A stretch of DNA of 64,000 nucleotides from Obrimoposthia wandeli (lineage: Eukaryota): assembly GCA_977020255.1 (NCBI GenBank), contig CDROCS010001825.1:310001-374000 (forward strand). Direction: 5' to 3'. Of the stretch, positions 1 through 13,719 are shown piece after piece. Under the pieces are notes generated by a model. That model saw nothing but the letters and a program-made list of their open reading frames with translations, had not been told where the DNA came from and did not search any database. Each line of letters starts with the position of its first letter. Positions within the stretch are counted from its first letter, which is position 1. A program made the translations under genes and the position numbers.

Positions 1-356
1 GTATTGAAAATTCAAACTATCAATCACTTGCTCGTCATACTTGCATTCAATCTAACTATAATTTATTCAACAAAATCTCTATTTTAATTTACTTATAGTC
101 TAAATTACACTTGCATTCAATCAAACTATCGACACTCTTATTTTTAAAATTACATTCACTTGCTAAACCCACTTACTTGTATTGAAATTCATACTATCAA
201 TCACTTGCTCGTCATACTTGCATTCAATCTAACTATAATTTATTCAACAAAATCTCTATTTTAATTTACTTATAGTCTAAATTACACTTGCATTCAATCA
301 AACTATCGACACTCTTATTTTTAAAATTACATTCACTTGCTAAACCCTCTTACTTG
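1..356. repeat. Tandem duplication, unit 178 bp x2
   Basis: gtattgaaa...acttactt recurs at 179 with few differences. Confidence 0.9.
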
Positions 357-1110
357 TAAATGACATTCATACTTGCATGCATAATTTTATTCATTTACAT
401 TCATTCTACCTCTCATTTATTCAAACTCTCATTCAAATATTCAAATAAATTAATATTTTTACTAATTTTCTATTAATACCGTTGTAACTTAGTCGTTGAA
501 ACGAAAAGAATGTATAAAGAATGGACTTTCTTACTTTGTAAATGTTATTCACTTAAGTTTGAAGATGATATTATGAAATTACATAATAAATGTGTTTAAT
601 TTTGTATTATTCTCTGACTTCTTTCTTATTTTATTTTTATTTTAATATATAATTGAAGTTATTTAAAGAAATTTTATCATAATTCTATAAATGTGAAAAC
701 CTAGGAAAATAATTTGATCTAAACTTTCACATAGAATAGTGTGTGTGTTAAAAACCACATTCCTTAACTGATAAGAGTGAACTTTAGCCTTGATTTTCAC
801 ATAGAATAGTGTGTGTATGATTACGTCATACATTCTTAATTGTTAAGTGTGAACTTTATCATAAATTTTCATTATGGACTAGATTACAAAAAAGAAGGGT
901 GGAGACTAAGCCACTTGATCCTTTGAATTAGTAGTTAGCCAAAAAGATGGGTGGAGACTAGATCACTAAAAGAAGGGTGGAGACTAGATCACTAAAAGAT
1001 GGGTGGAGACTAAGCCAATTGACCCTTTCATAGTGGTATATCTCAAAAAGAAGGGTGGAGACTAAGCCACTTGACCCTTTAAACTATTGATGACCATAGT
1101 AGTATATCAA

Positions 1111-1363
1111 GGAAGGATGGAGTCTAGATCACTTGACCCCTCTCCTCCCCTCCCCGCCTCCCGCCTCCCTCCTAAAGGGTGTCACTCCATAAGGGTGTCA
1201 CACCATAAAAGGTGTCTTGCCATACCATAAGGGTATATGTTGGGTCACCGAAGGTGAGGCAACATATACCCTTATGGTGTGGCAAGACACCTTTTATGGT
1301 GTGACATCCTTATGGAGTGACACCCTTTAGGGGGGGGTCAAGTGATCTAGACTCCATCCTTCC
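1111..1363. repeat. 253-nt nested palindrome/hairpin
   Basis: Outer 30-bp perfect arms 1111-1140/1334-1363; inner 72-bp arms 1171-1242/1260-1331 with 2 mismatches; apical tcacc-gaa-ggtga. Confidence 0.95.
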
Positions 1364-1876
1364 ACCTACTTGCATACTTTACTATTCACAAATATTTCGA
1401 AGAATAATGAAAAACTGAAAGAGCTTTCAGTAATACATCAAAGATTTATTAGATATTAGTGCTTTATTTAAAATACTATTGTTATTGTTGTAATAACCTA
1501 ACTAAATTAAACTTATCTGACAACCCATCTATCAGTTAGTTTAGGAACTAGAAATCCGATAAATGATTTTATTATTTTACATAACGCATCAATAATGTTT
1601 GATAACTTACCTGAAGCGTCCTTCAGTTTTGTAAAAACATTATCACAGTAAAAATAAAAAAGCGCTTTTATTTTAATTTCTTATTACATTTCTTACTTAA
1701 AATAAAGGGAAAATTGTTAAATATGGAAACTGATGGGAATATTAAAAGGCTATTTTGAAAATGTGACAAGCTTGTCTAAATAAGAAAAAATTCATAACAA
1801 ATGGGGAATAATGGGAATAAAACTATCTAGTAATTTAGTAGTGTTGTCTAGTGTAAATTGGTGCTCGTTTGTTAAG

Positions 1877-2059
1877 GGTACCTGTTTCCTTCAACGTACT
1901 GGTCCTGCTGTGTGCATACGCAGTTCAGTCTGAGGCCGGTGACTTCGATCCCATAGAACACGCAACCATTGAATATCTGAAACAGATTCCGTTTGCTCCC
2001 AAAGTGCAGCAGACCGACGAATTGCTTGTCAGGGTCCGAGATCTTCACCAGGCCGTCAG
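1877..2059 (+). CDS. Exon: FERM central (M) lobe
   Basis: VPVSFNVLVLLCAYAVQSEAGDFDPIEH...PFAPKVQQTDELLVRVRDLHQ resembles the 4.1 LPCSF..LGSYTVQSELGDYDP motif; ttaag acceptor, gtgag donor. Confidence 0.92.
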
Positions 2060-4903
2060 GTGAGACCATCTTTGCCTTTTTTCAAGAAGCTTATCGGTCT
2101 CAAAATTCGACATTTACATCTGCAATACAAGGTTACTTTATTCAAATTCGAGTGTAAATGTTCTGATAAATCTTTTCTCTATTACTCGACTATCGTTTTA
2201 TAAAATTTTCAAGTGGTTGTAAACAATTTGTTGTAACTATACTCCGTATCGAAATTATAAGTACTTCGCAATATTTTATGTATAGTAAGTTTTTATGGAT
2301 ACTAAACTTTAAATATTTTACTAGATATGCCTTGAGGAAATAACTTAAATGAATTTGAAAAAAATAGCTAAATTAAGGCGTACAAAGACAGAGCTTTAGG
2401 GCGAATGCTTAAAAGAATTAAGTATCAAAATCACTGAATTTATGTGTTCAAAACGAATTTAGCGTTGAAATATGGTTGTGTAATGAATAATCCTGCTTTA
2501 ACCGTAGTTCTTAAAGAAAATTGAACTTCGAAAGTATGATGATATTCCGTGATGTTGTTTTCGAAGTCTATATGCTTATTTTACGACATGGATTATTGTA
2601 ACAGTACCAAGAAATCTAATGTTATGAATTAAACATTGAAGTTGTTATTTAGCTACATCAAGATATTACAATATCTTGTTACTATTTCTACAAAGGAGAC
2701 CTAATCCTATGGATTTTCCTATACTTAGTCCTGATCGTTGAAGTTATTTCATAATCGAGATGATTTAGAATACGATATTAATAGATGCCATTGGATTTTT
2801 CAACAAAGCTTTAGATAAGTACAGTATCCATTGTGTATTTTGAGAAATTGATATGCAAATAATGTGTGTCTGCTTTTAACATTTTGAGTGCATTGTCAGA
2901 AACGTTTTCAGACAGTCTTTCAAATGACAGTTATTCTCAACAAGGTTTAAAAGGTGTGTCTAAATAAATGTCTAACATACCATAAAGCTACTAAAACTAA
3001 AAATTAGAAAAGAATGACTTACTGAAATCAAATCGTAAATGAAAATAAGTCAATGAATTATCTACATCCAATATCAGAGCATATGAAAAGTCTATTTCCA
3101 TGTTATTAACATAAAAACTCTCACCTTATAAAAACTTTATTCGTCCAATATAAAGTTCCATAATAAAATACTAAATTTTTCTCAACAAGAAACCTGTTAA
3201 TATTTAATTTAATTTAAATTATTTGACAATTTTAGCGAACAACGCTTGTGAAAATGTTTAATTATCAGTTTTCGTAAAAGTAATATCGAAGCAATTCTAT
3301 TACAATAATGAACATTGATTTTTTTCTTCGAATATAGAAATCAAAAGATTATAATTAAAATAAGATATTATTTCTGTAAAATATAATTGTGTAATTTATT
3401 TTTACTTTCATTATTTCCCGTGCACTTTTCAAAATATTCGTTAGTTATCGTGTTCATCGTTGAATGAATATGTAGTTTAACGTTGTAATGACCAAATCAA
3501 TTAATACTTAGATTACAAGTAGAACAATTGAAGCTAAAAATGATGACATATGCATTTCAATTCCTTTAGTTTGTAAAGATTCTCAATTATAAGGTATTTA
3601 CTTTAAAAAAATGCAAAAATGCAATCTAATAAGTTGGCAACAGGTACCTTTTTATTAGAAATTTGACATACAAAATTGTTACATAACGTTTGAACAATAT
3701 ACTAAAATGCTGCCGAATGTTCACATGAATTGTCGATATTGCAAAATTGCGATAAATTGCATGTAAAATTTTTGTACCACATATCAATTAATTGTGTAAT
3801 TAAATCCTTTTCAGCAAATTGCATTATTGTTATTGTTTTTATATATGAAACTTGAAATAATCGATAATTTTAATTGTTCAACAATGGTTCAACAGTTGTG
3901 TTTTGTATAAATTGTTTATCAATTAAAACTAATAAAATAATTTAATTGATATTCTATTTATCTATTTTTTGTGCAACATTATCTTTCAGCTGAAAAGTAT
4001 TTTAAACAGTGCATATTAAATATTTCATATAAAAAGGAATTTGACTTTTCTATAATTAATCAATGACCAATAAATGACGACACATGTCAAAGCTGAAAAT
4101 AAAGGTTCAGATTTTGTCACATGTATCCGGGTAATTTGAGACAAAAAAATAGATTTATTTTAAAATTCAGAATATTTTCACGAATTATTTTACAGCATTC
4201 ATCACATCATTCTATAATTATTAGAAATTAATTGAATATTGAAATCATTAAATAAAAATGGCCATTTTCCAGTATGGTGTTCAGTTTCTATTTATAATTA
4301 GGAATCTTCTTCTAGACTTTTAACCTGATTTTCATGATTTTACTATCTTATTACATGGTGGAAGATGAATTTTTTTACTCTAATGCAAATAAAATGCATT
4401 ATGATTACGGCAAAAAATTGTCTATAAAAGGCGATTTAATATTTTTATACTGTTTTGATAAAATCTTCATTGGGATTTGTAAAATTTATATATCGGAGGT
4501 AGATATTGAGGAGATTAATATGGAAAATTATGTTACGGTTACAAATTATGAAATGCTGAGGTCGATATATGTCAAATCGTTATTTGTTAACTAATATGTT
4601 TACTGGCCATGTTGATTCTGACGAGATGGAATTATTTAAAGAGAGTTTTTATTTGTTACGCAATGTTATTTAACAGTGATTGAAAAATGCATCTTTCTTA
4701 TTCTAAAGTTTGCGAATTTCATGTTTTCGTATGTATTTAAAGTGGTAAACTACGTGCTTTTTAAACACAGATCTATTAAAAAAATGCGTAGAATAAAATC
4801 CAAAATTAAAAATAACAGTCTTTGTCGCTATTAAAAATCATGAAACGATAGAGAATATAATATAGCGAAAACATGTTGAGTTTCACACAACCCCTGCATT
4901 CAG

Positions 4904-4991
4904 TTTTCTCACTCCGGAAGAAGCCGACAAGAGTTTCATGTGGAACGCAATGAAACTGGGAATGTACGGAGTCGATATGCACAAAGTCAAG
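4904..4991 (+). CDS. Exon: end of FERM M lobe
   Basis: FLTPEEADKSFMWNAMKLGMYGVDMHKVK (cf. GLTPAEAD..FLENAKKLSMYGVDLH); ttcag acceptor, gtcagt donor; absent from ORF track. Confidence 0.92.
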
Positions 4992-5159
4992 GTCAGTTCT
5001 CTATGAATTCAAAAAATAAATATTTCATATGATTGTTATTTTTTGAACAAGTTCATTGATTTATACTAATATTTTGTTCATTGAATAAAAAATGGTTGAA
5101 ATTTAGTTCAAAATTTTCACTGAAATCTTTTTTTTTTCAAAAATTTCACCCCTAATCAT

Positions 5160-6042
5160 TTGAAAATTGTGTCTGTTTAATTGATAATTTCGGTAAATCC
5201 CGACCACCTCAATTCAGAATATTTAAAAGTTTGTGCGAGGAAATGGATAGTCAGCACACAACACAACTTTTTAACACAGATCTGATGTGGTTATTCAGAG
5301 ACAAAGTGCTCATCAATGTTTTTGAACTTCGTAATGAACAAATATTTATTGATTCCAATTACTCTGAATGGAAATTTTAAAATATTTTGTCAAGTACTCA
5401 TATGACTCATGAAACTTGATAACGTCTTCATGATCTACCATCCAGTTTGAATATTTCCCCTCAGTTGCTGACAGTAACGGCTGGGTTCAAAATCCTTGTC
5501 GAATCACAGCAAATCCGGTTAATTTTACGTAAGAATATAAGATCTTAATTAATTTAATTTTTGATTCACAATTACAACGAAATTTTAAATATCTTTCCAT
5601 AAATAATTTTTGATGTAGCTTACGTGAATAGTACCCAAATTTGAGTGATTTTTCCTTTACTACAACATATTTCTGCGAGGGAGAATTTTCCTTTACACTG
5701 CTATATAAACCAAATTCCGAAACAAATTTGATGATGTGCCAGATTTGAGGACACATATATCAAATATTGCCCTAACATCCCCTGGATTATCGATTCTAAA
5801 TCCCAAACCCAATCATCCCACAAATTATTATTATAATAAAAATTTTTAGTAGGTTTTACCTTTATTTTGTTATTTTTTTAAACTTTGTGCAAATCCATAT
5901 TTTTATTAAATGAATTATACATTGGCGGATTAAAAATAGCATTCTATTACCAAACACCACATGTGTATATTTTAAATGTTCCGTACGAAATCACATAGTT
6001 ACAAAAAAATTATTTGACAAAAATATTTGGGAGGAACCCCTG
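5160..6042 (+). mobile_element. hAT (Buster/Charlie-like) transposase relic with probable right end
   Basis: KSRPPQFRIFKSLCEEMDSQHTTQLFNTDLMWLFRDKVLINVFELRNE; PFTTTYFCEGEFS; KFRNKFDDVPDLR; ends ...gggaggaacccctg. Confidence 0.75.
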
Positions 6043-6329
6043 CAGGTTTAACTACTCGGTTATTAGTTTTTGTAGCCAAAGTTTACATATCGTTTTATAA
6101 TCTTTTAAAACATTCTAACTATATTTTTATCCGTTTTTTTTCAATTGTCTCTTTTTTCTTTTAAATTTTGATTCATTCCCATCTTCAAAAACATAAATCT
6201 TATAAAATTATTTTAGAACTATTACTCAATGTACAGTTATATACAAATAACATGATAGTTATCAGCCAACAGATAGTAGGTATTACGGTGTATTATGCTT
6301 TATAAAATTTTCAAAATTGTTACAGGTTT

Positions 6330-6770
6330 ATATTCTTCGGTAAATGTTGTAAGTTTAGGAGCATACATTTAAAATATTTCTTAACCCAGTTATTTGAGAA
6401 TTTCTTGATCAATCTGCAGTAATTATCGTTGCTCCTAAAATGCATATACATTCTCTCTGCACTAGGCTCGAGAAGATGATATAAATATTTGGGCTTTTGT
6501 AAGAGAATACAATTATTGATAATAAGTAAGATATTAAATTCAATTCTGACATTGATCGGCATTCAATGGAGATTCATTAAATGTTCACTTGTAGTAGCAC
6601 TTTTCTTTAATTTGAATATAACTCTGACGGCTTTGTTGAATTTTTATTGTTGCAATTTATTGAATTGCTAAGCTGGAATATTAAACAGTAAAAAAATTAA
6701 AAATCAAGTTATGATGTAATAATCGCTTGCGTTTGTATTGTAGTTAACTCAGTAGTAAGGTATTCTTTTA
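6330..6770 (-). mobile_element. L2/CR1-group LINE 3' relic
   Basis: QAIITS*LDF and NKLQQ*KFNKAVRVIFKLKKSATTSEHLMNLH*MP resemble the L2 ORF2 tail LHWLP motif. Confidence 0.7.
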
Positions 6771-9044
6771 AAACAGCTGAAGCAGAAAAAAACATTTTCC
6801 GTGAAAGGGTTCAAGAAGGTATTTGTTACAGAAAGTAAACATCAAACTATAATCTTAACATTTAAAACATACATACCATTTAATTTTTCAAAAAACAGTT
6901 AGAAAAGTTCATAATATCAACATTTTTCTGTACTTTAATACTACAAAATATCAACAAAAATGTTTATTAATCTTCAAGATAAATTATAATAATGATCAAT
7001 ATTTTGTCACAAAGACTACTTAAGATAGTTGAAATGATTAATTACATAAAAAGATTCCAAATGGGTTTTGAATTCCCCCTAAAAACTGGGGAAAAGCATA
7101 ATATCTGTTTAAATGGTGGAAATGATGTGTAAAGGTTCACGTAGTTTCAGTTTCGATTCACCAAGCATCCAGACAAATAAGAAACTAACATTATTAATTA
7201 TAGTAATACATCAGCGATACGATGGGCCTTAATTGATATTAAGCAAAATTTGAATTGTCGATATTGTTTTTCAGCACAGAACAAACTGGACCGCTTGCCT
7301 AATATTTCATTTTTTAAACTTTTAAATAAAAGACAAATACGCATATAACCGGAGACACATTTAGCAAATTTTAAAGATAGAAATTTCTATGAAATTACGC
7401 AAAAAGTCTACGAAAATAAAACAACATTGAGTATTGATTTCCGACTAATTTGTTAATATATTGTTGCGTATCTGAGTATCAGTTTTGTGATTGACTGATG
7501 TAGCACCAACTCAGGACACACACCGAAACTCATGCACATAGAAGTTGTCGATATTTGATGTGAGAGAAGGTTTGTTATCTTACACACAATCATACATGAG
7601 CACGAGTTGTGGTTACAGAAAGGATACTTAAGCCTCTTCATCCACACAGTAAGACCCCTTTACCCTCCAGGTAGGTCAGTGCACCTTCACAGTGCAGCGC
7701 ACACAACCACTCGGTGGTTTATTAATTGATTTGTGTATTCTAGAATAATAGCGATGTTTCACTTTCTACTCATAAACTGAGTTTTGTCCTAACGTTTAAG
7801 AAATCATGTTTTATTCTTTTTTCATAACTCTCAAAATTTTCCCCATTAATTTAACAATTCTTTCCTTTTATATAGATAACAATAACTACTGATTGTTGTG
7901 AATATCTATAAAAAATTCCAAAATTAATGTCAGGAACAATGTTAAAATATAAGCCTCCAACACCATTATTAGAAATATAAATAAATCAAATTTTAAATAT
8001 TTACATACTAATTTGGTTTAAGTGTTACATTACGAAGGATTTCTTAACTTTATGTATTTAACAATATTTTAAAATCTTCCTAATGGTAAAATGTACTTTG
8101 CTGTGACGATGAAATAATTATCAAGAAATACTGATTGGATAAATAATAATATTAAAATTTTAAAATTGGGTCTACATTTGTTACAATTTAAACTTAAACA
8201 AACAAATAAATAAATATATAAATATATTTTTAAATCATGATAATAAGAAGTAAAAATTGTTTAAAAATAAATAAGTGAATTTTAAAATATTAATTAAATT
8301 TGAGATTTTCACCTTCGATAACTTCTAAGTTAAAGTTACATTTTTGAGATAAATTTTGAGCCTCAGAAGTACAGTGCAAAATTTTCTTTCGTAAAGGCTC
8401 CAGTTAAAGAAAAAAAGACATATTTACATATCTTAATACTGATAGGTAACTCACACCTCATATAAAACGCAAAAAATTGTATAGGTGCTGAAAATTTGCC
8501 CTTTCTTCAATCGGATTTAAATTATTTAAGCAAATATTTTGTACCAATATTTATAGCAAAAAAGTCAATGAATTATGTGATTCGGTTTTACATCGGTGGT
8601 TCTGAACACTTTTAAATAAAAATCAATTTTTTTGTCTCTATATTTGTTTTTATAATTTCATTATAAAAGCCTTAATAAAAGCATTAGCAGTGTACAAATG
8701 ATATAATTTGTTTAAAAAATCACTTAGATTAAAGTGAAGTGTTAATTTTGTTTCGCTTTTATCACATGGCCACAGAAAACAAATAAATCAGCTCTGGAGA
8801 TTTCTGCAAAATTACATTAATTTAAACATGAAAACGATATGTATATATTAAAATTTATACAAAGTTTATATTTCCCTAAATCTTTTTCATTGGATTTCTG
8901 ACATTATTTCACTAGAATTCCATTATCAAAAGAATCTTTTGACTAAACCACTTCTAATGGACTTTGAAATTCTTTTTATAACATGAATTAGAGAAGGCAA
9001 AGATTATGGTGATTATATTAAAAATAATTGAGCAAAAATGTCCA

Positions 9045-9214
9045 GAAACTTATTTTAGTTTTCGATGCTTACAACGGAAAAGTTTTATTACATCTAAAGT
9101 CTGTTAACTTTTCGATATTCATAACTTCGAAACTTATTTTAGTTTTCGATGCTTACAACGGAAAAGTTTTATTACATCTAAAGTCTGTTAACTTTTCGAT
9201 ATTCATAACTTCGA
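9045..9214. repeat. Perfect tandem duplication, 84 bp x2
   Basis: gaaacttattttag...cataacttc repeated at 9129. Confidence 0.95.
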
Positions 9215-10441
9215 TACTTTAATTTCGAATTTTCACCACAATCCAGAATAAAATTTCACGTTTTCAAAACATTGAGAATTTTAATTGATTTGGTGTTACA
9301 AAACCACCGAAGCTCTGAAATAGATGTTTTGGTAGATTTAAAATGTTCAACGGCTTTAGAAAACTGTACAATAAATGTACGACAACATCTGAATAATTTT
9401 AACATGAACTATAGCTCACAATAGTTTGATAAAGGTAGAGTACAAATAACTTATAATACGCTGTCTTATTAATTTAATGGAGATACGACGGTTTTAGGAA
9501 TCAATGACACTATGAAATAATTTATAATAGAGCAAACCAAATTATTTTTACTATTATTAAGTATAATTATGATTATTTTTATTTACTCTTTGTTTATTTA
9601 TTATATGAAAAATTGTTATAATTCCGGAGTTCTGAAAAGGTAAAAATAGAAAGACTAACATTTTAGCTATAATTGGTTCACAATTAAAATATGACTAATT
9701 TTAGATTTACAAATATTCATCATTTTAAGAAATTATTGTTGTAATTGTATTGTTAACATCGGCAAGATTTGAATTCCATCGTAAACAGTTTTCATTTTCA
9801 TCGCGGCTGTAAATCTTTTTTATTTCATTTTTAGACGCCAGTTGAGCTTGAATCCTGTATGCATCATAGAAGTCTGATTGATTGAAGTTACATTAATATT
9901 ACCGTCAACGGTCAGGATAGTTTCATTTTAACGTATTTTAATTCAATCTTGAAAATACTTTTCAAAATAAGACAATAATTTTTAGTTTATGAAACAAAAA
10001 ATTTAGTTGAAATGTAAATGTAAAAATATTCTGAATTATGACAAAAGTTAGAATTTAAGTAAATTGTTTTAAAGCAATAATTTCAAAATGGTGACCTACA
10101 ATGTGAATAATTCAAATAAACAGTAATGGAAGATGATAATTGGAGACATGCACACCGCAGAGTTCTATGTGAATTGTGAATGCATGGTAGAGTAGTCGTA
10201 ACTTATGTTTGTGAGTTGAATGACTAATGCTGAGTGTGCTGAACAAGATGGCTGCTTATTCACGTATTATCTACGTTATGACTCAAATTAACAGACGAAA
10301 TAGGCTCTGATAATCTATTTTTAACCAGCGTATATGTGTGATATGCCAAATTGTGCTGCTTTCAGTGATGTCTTATTACATTGGTTACAATGAGTGTATT
10401 TTAAGTAGTTTTGGCAATGTGCAATTTTGAATCACTGAGAC

Positions 10442-10500
10442 CAAGGGTTTCCAAAGTGGGTTACGTAGACGCATTCATGGGGTTCCGCTAGCCAAAATTT
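10442..10500 (+). mobile_element. Possible hAT left terminus fragment
   Basis: CAAGGGTTTCCAAAGTGGG...GGGGTTCCGC resembles Buster-type termini; no partner end identified. Confidence 0.35.
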
Positions 10501-10638
10501 AATAATAAATTGGCATTCACGTTACTCGCCTTTATTTTTATTTTTAAACTGATTTTAGAAATTGTTAAATATTATCAAATTGCGATTTGTTACTTAATAC
10601 TAAATTTCTTAATGTAGTATAAGTATATATGTAAAATA

Positions 10639-11150
10639 CTGTATTTACCGGTAAATAATCCGCACATATAGATGAAATTTTATAACAGATATACCATTAA
10701 CTGACAAAAATCTTTATCCTATAGTTTTACAGTTGGTATTTTAGTGAGAGTTTTTTATAGTAGTATTAGACATTATAACTAGAATAAGAAGTTTTCCAAC
10801 TACTTACAAGATTCAAGCCATAACGTATGCAGAGTAACGGTAACAAAAAATCAACAGAAGAATATAATATTGATGAAAAGATTTTAAGAAAATGGAAAAA
10901 GATGTAGACTATACTAATGAAAGTTCCCAAAACAAAAATAGCTATGAGGATTTAGAGTCAAAGATGGGTTTTGAAACTTTTAGAATTTCGACTATTCGAA
11001 TATTAATGCAAAGTAAAATATTTGCCGAAGAAACTTTTTTTTGATTATATCTCTTGCTACTTTATTGTTTTAGTTTCTTTTTGAATAATAAAATACCTTG
11101 GGCAATACCAAGTGCAATGATATGTCTGGAAACACAGTAATATTTCACTG
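10639..11150 (+). mobile_element. pogo-family transposon relic
   Basis: TA|CTGTATTTACCGGTAAATAATCCGCAC pogo-like TIR; SFPTTYKIQAITYA...EYNIDEKILRKWKKM HTH-like; LGNTKCN. Confidence 0.6.
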
Positions 11151-11814
11151 CACAAAGCTAGATGTTATTTCAGAAGTCGTTGATTCGTCAAAAGGTCAAG
11201 GTTATATGCTTCGAATCTGTTGGTGAATCAGGTCTCTGTACTGAATTATTTTTGCGAAGCCGTGAGCTAGTTGTCTGAGAACTGAACCACCGTGAGGCCG
11301 GGTCAATGTTTGCACAATATTGTATGGGCTTTGCGGTATCATCACACAAACTCGTAGAAACCCTATGACAGCTGTGTCGGTTGTAGTGCACACGTAAACG
11401 CTACTACAATGAAGCCACATTCAGTAACACGACTATGACAGCAGTAAGGTTAATTTTTTCAGAATTCCGTTATTTTATAAAATCAAATGCCTTTTTATCA
11501 AGTTACATTTCTAGTATATTATCTGCTTACCCGATATCAAAGGGTTGAGGAAGAATAAGAAAATGAAGCTAATAACACTTGAACAGATATTTTATCTAGA
11601 TTCTGTATTTTAAATAAATGTTTACGTTTATTCATCTTTTCTTAAATCAGAATTTACCTATAAAATAATGGGAAACGTAAAATGATCACAAATAAATGAT
11701 AACAAAACCATTTTTGAAATTATAATTTGTTATTGACTTTTAGTACTTTTTGTGATATTTTTTAAGAAAATCATTCCCTGATTGAACTTAAAAGAGTACT
11801 TGTTGTTCCTACAG

Positions 11815-12065
11815 ACGAGCACAAATGAGGAGGTGAGTGTGGGTGTCTTCCACAGTGGAGTGCTGGTGTATCGAGGCCGGATCCGCGTTGTGCGATACTC
11901 GTGGCCTAAGATCCTCAATCTCAGTTATAAAAACAAGAGCTTCTTCATGAAGATCCGTGCTACCGAGCTGGAGAAGAAGGAGCGAGTCATCGAGTTCAAG
12001 TGCACTTCACAGAAGCTCGCCAAGAGACTTTGGAATGCCTGCAAGGAACACCACGAGTTTTTCCG
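11815..12065 (+). CDS. Exon: FERM C (PTB/PH-like) lobe
   Basis: VSVGVFHSGVLVYRGRIRVVRYSWPKILNLSYKNKSFFMKIR...AKRLWNACKEHHEFFR; ctacag acceptor, gtgag donor. Confidence 0.95.
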
Positions 12066-12394
12066 GTGAGAATCAGTTTGGAATAGATCCAAGCGTGATT
12101 TTTCATTGGTGCTTTTCTGGTCAAATTTTTATTAATGAAAATTTCAAAGTTTGAAACCAATGAAAAATTAATGATTATAAACGGGTTGAAAAATCTGTTT
12201 ATATGATTGGTATTGATAAAAATTCGGACGTATACACAGCTAGTTTACTTTTTTACTAGGACTTTGACAATATTTTAAACTTTATTATGTAATAAGAAAA
12301 TAACTTGCTACTGAGATAATCACGATGCTAACACATGTTGTTTATTTGATTTCGAAAAAATAATAATCTAGCTTATCAATTAAATAGCTTACAA

Positions 12395-12540
12395 AAAATT
12401 AAACAAATCCGTCATAATTATATTCAAATTAAAGAAAATTCCCAGTACAAATGAACATTTAATGAAGTTCCATTGGCTGCCGATCAGTACCAGAATGGAA
12501 TTCAAGATCTGTCTTATTATATTCTCTCACAAAAGCATAA
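12395..12540 (+). mobile_element. L2/CR1-group LINE 3' relic
   Basis: TNEHLMKFHWLPISTRMEFKICLIIF. Confidence 0.7.
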
Positions 12541-13719
12541 ATAGTTATATGATGTTCTGGTACAGTGAACATGTATATGCATATTGGGAGCAACGATTAT
12601 GACTACAGATTGGTAAAGAAATTGTCAAATAACAAATAGACTGATGGAATATTTGAACTTTATGCTCTGAATCTTTACAATAAGCTACTAATGAATATAA
12701 GAAACTATAACAATGTTTAAAAATTTAGAAAGCAGCCACAAATTTTATTATCCAGAAAAAATTATGAAGAATAATGGAAAACTAGAAATGCTTTGAGTAA
12801 TAGTTAATATATAGAGTTTTGGAAATTATTACTATCGATATGGTTGATGTTCAAATTAGCTTTATTGTAATTGTAATAAAATTTATGGTGTAATTTATTA
12901 ATTCTGATATATTTGCACCATTGAATCGATTGGGTGATGTCTATTGGAATCCGATATCAGATTAATGAAACTTGAGGATGCATTTTTATAGTCTCGAGTC
13001 AGCGTTTTATCTTGTGCAAGTACCAAGCAGCTTCGTTCTGATGATGCAACTAGCTTCAATCTGGTGCTGTAAAGATTAGTACAGTGGTGACAAAATTATG
13101 AGCTTAATTGAATTAAAGCAAAGTTTACATTTGAACTAATGTACACATTGAAAATGTTTATCAGGTCGCTAGTTGCCTGACTTTTGGTAGCTTCACTCTG
13201 ATTAACTGTTCAGCCAAGATTGAGTTGTCTCGGTTGCGCAACAAACTCGCCTTTAGATATCGATCAAAGTCAGCAAAACAATCTATGGCGTTACACAAAA
13301 CAGTTTCAGTTACTTGCAGATAAGCAAGCTTGACTAATTTAACTCCTACAACTCGGGCCATGGTTAACTGTTGCCGAATGGGTACAACGTATTAGCTCTA
13401 TAGGGTGTACATCATAAGGATTTGCAGTCTTCCATCGCATTTGAGTGTAGTAATTATGCTTTTAATCTATGTTAATTTTGATGGATTTTCTCTATTTGTA
13501 TTCTACTTTACAACGACAGCTTAATATCTACAGTCTTTTGTTTGTAAGTTTGGGATGTTTACCACTTAGTAAACAAAAGCCGTTTAAAGGTTTAGAACGA
13601 GATTTTATTTTCATGTTTCTTAATGTACCAGTTTTAGTCATGAAACGATAAAATAAAATACTTTTCTAATATTATGCTGCCAAGGAAATATTAAATAATA
13701 TTGATCCGGGGTTCATATT

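Larger units (their letters stand above)
1..1369. mobile_element. Right part of a second member of the same foldback family (left end outside window)
   Basis: 1-480 resembles about 53700-54010; 720-860 resembles 55760-55860; six aagaagggtggagacta(g/a)..cacttgacc modules at about 890-1140; ends ...ccacctac like the 57196 terminus. Confidence 0.75.

Noticed and set aside
890-1140. CRISPR-like repeat-spacer array
   Set aside because: Degenerate repeats, irregular and partly repetitive spacers, eukaryotic intron context, no cas genes; explained as transposon subterminal modules
2400-2850. maT transposase relic
   Set aside because: Only one frameshifted DLNPMDF-like echo; insufficient support
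9028-9222. 64-aa ORF with internal repeat
   Set aside because: By-product of the 84-bp duplication; intronic, AT-rich, TTG start
13161-13361. Extra exon between FERM C and FA, or minus-strand gene
   Set aside because: Stop in the required phase 2; no recognisable motif; flanking exons join cleanly
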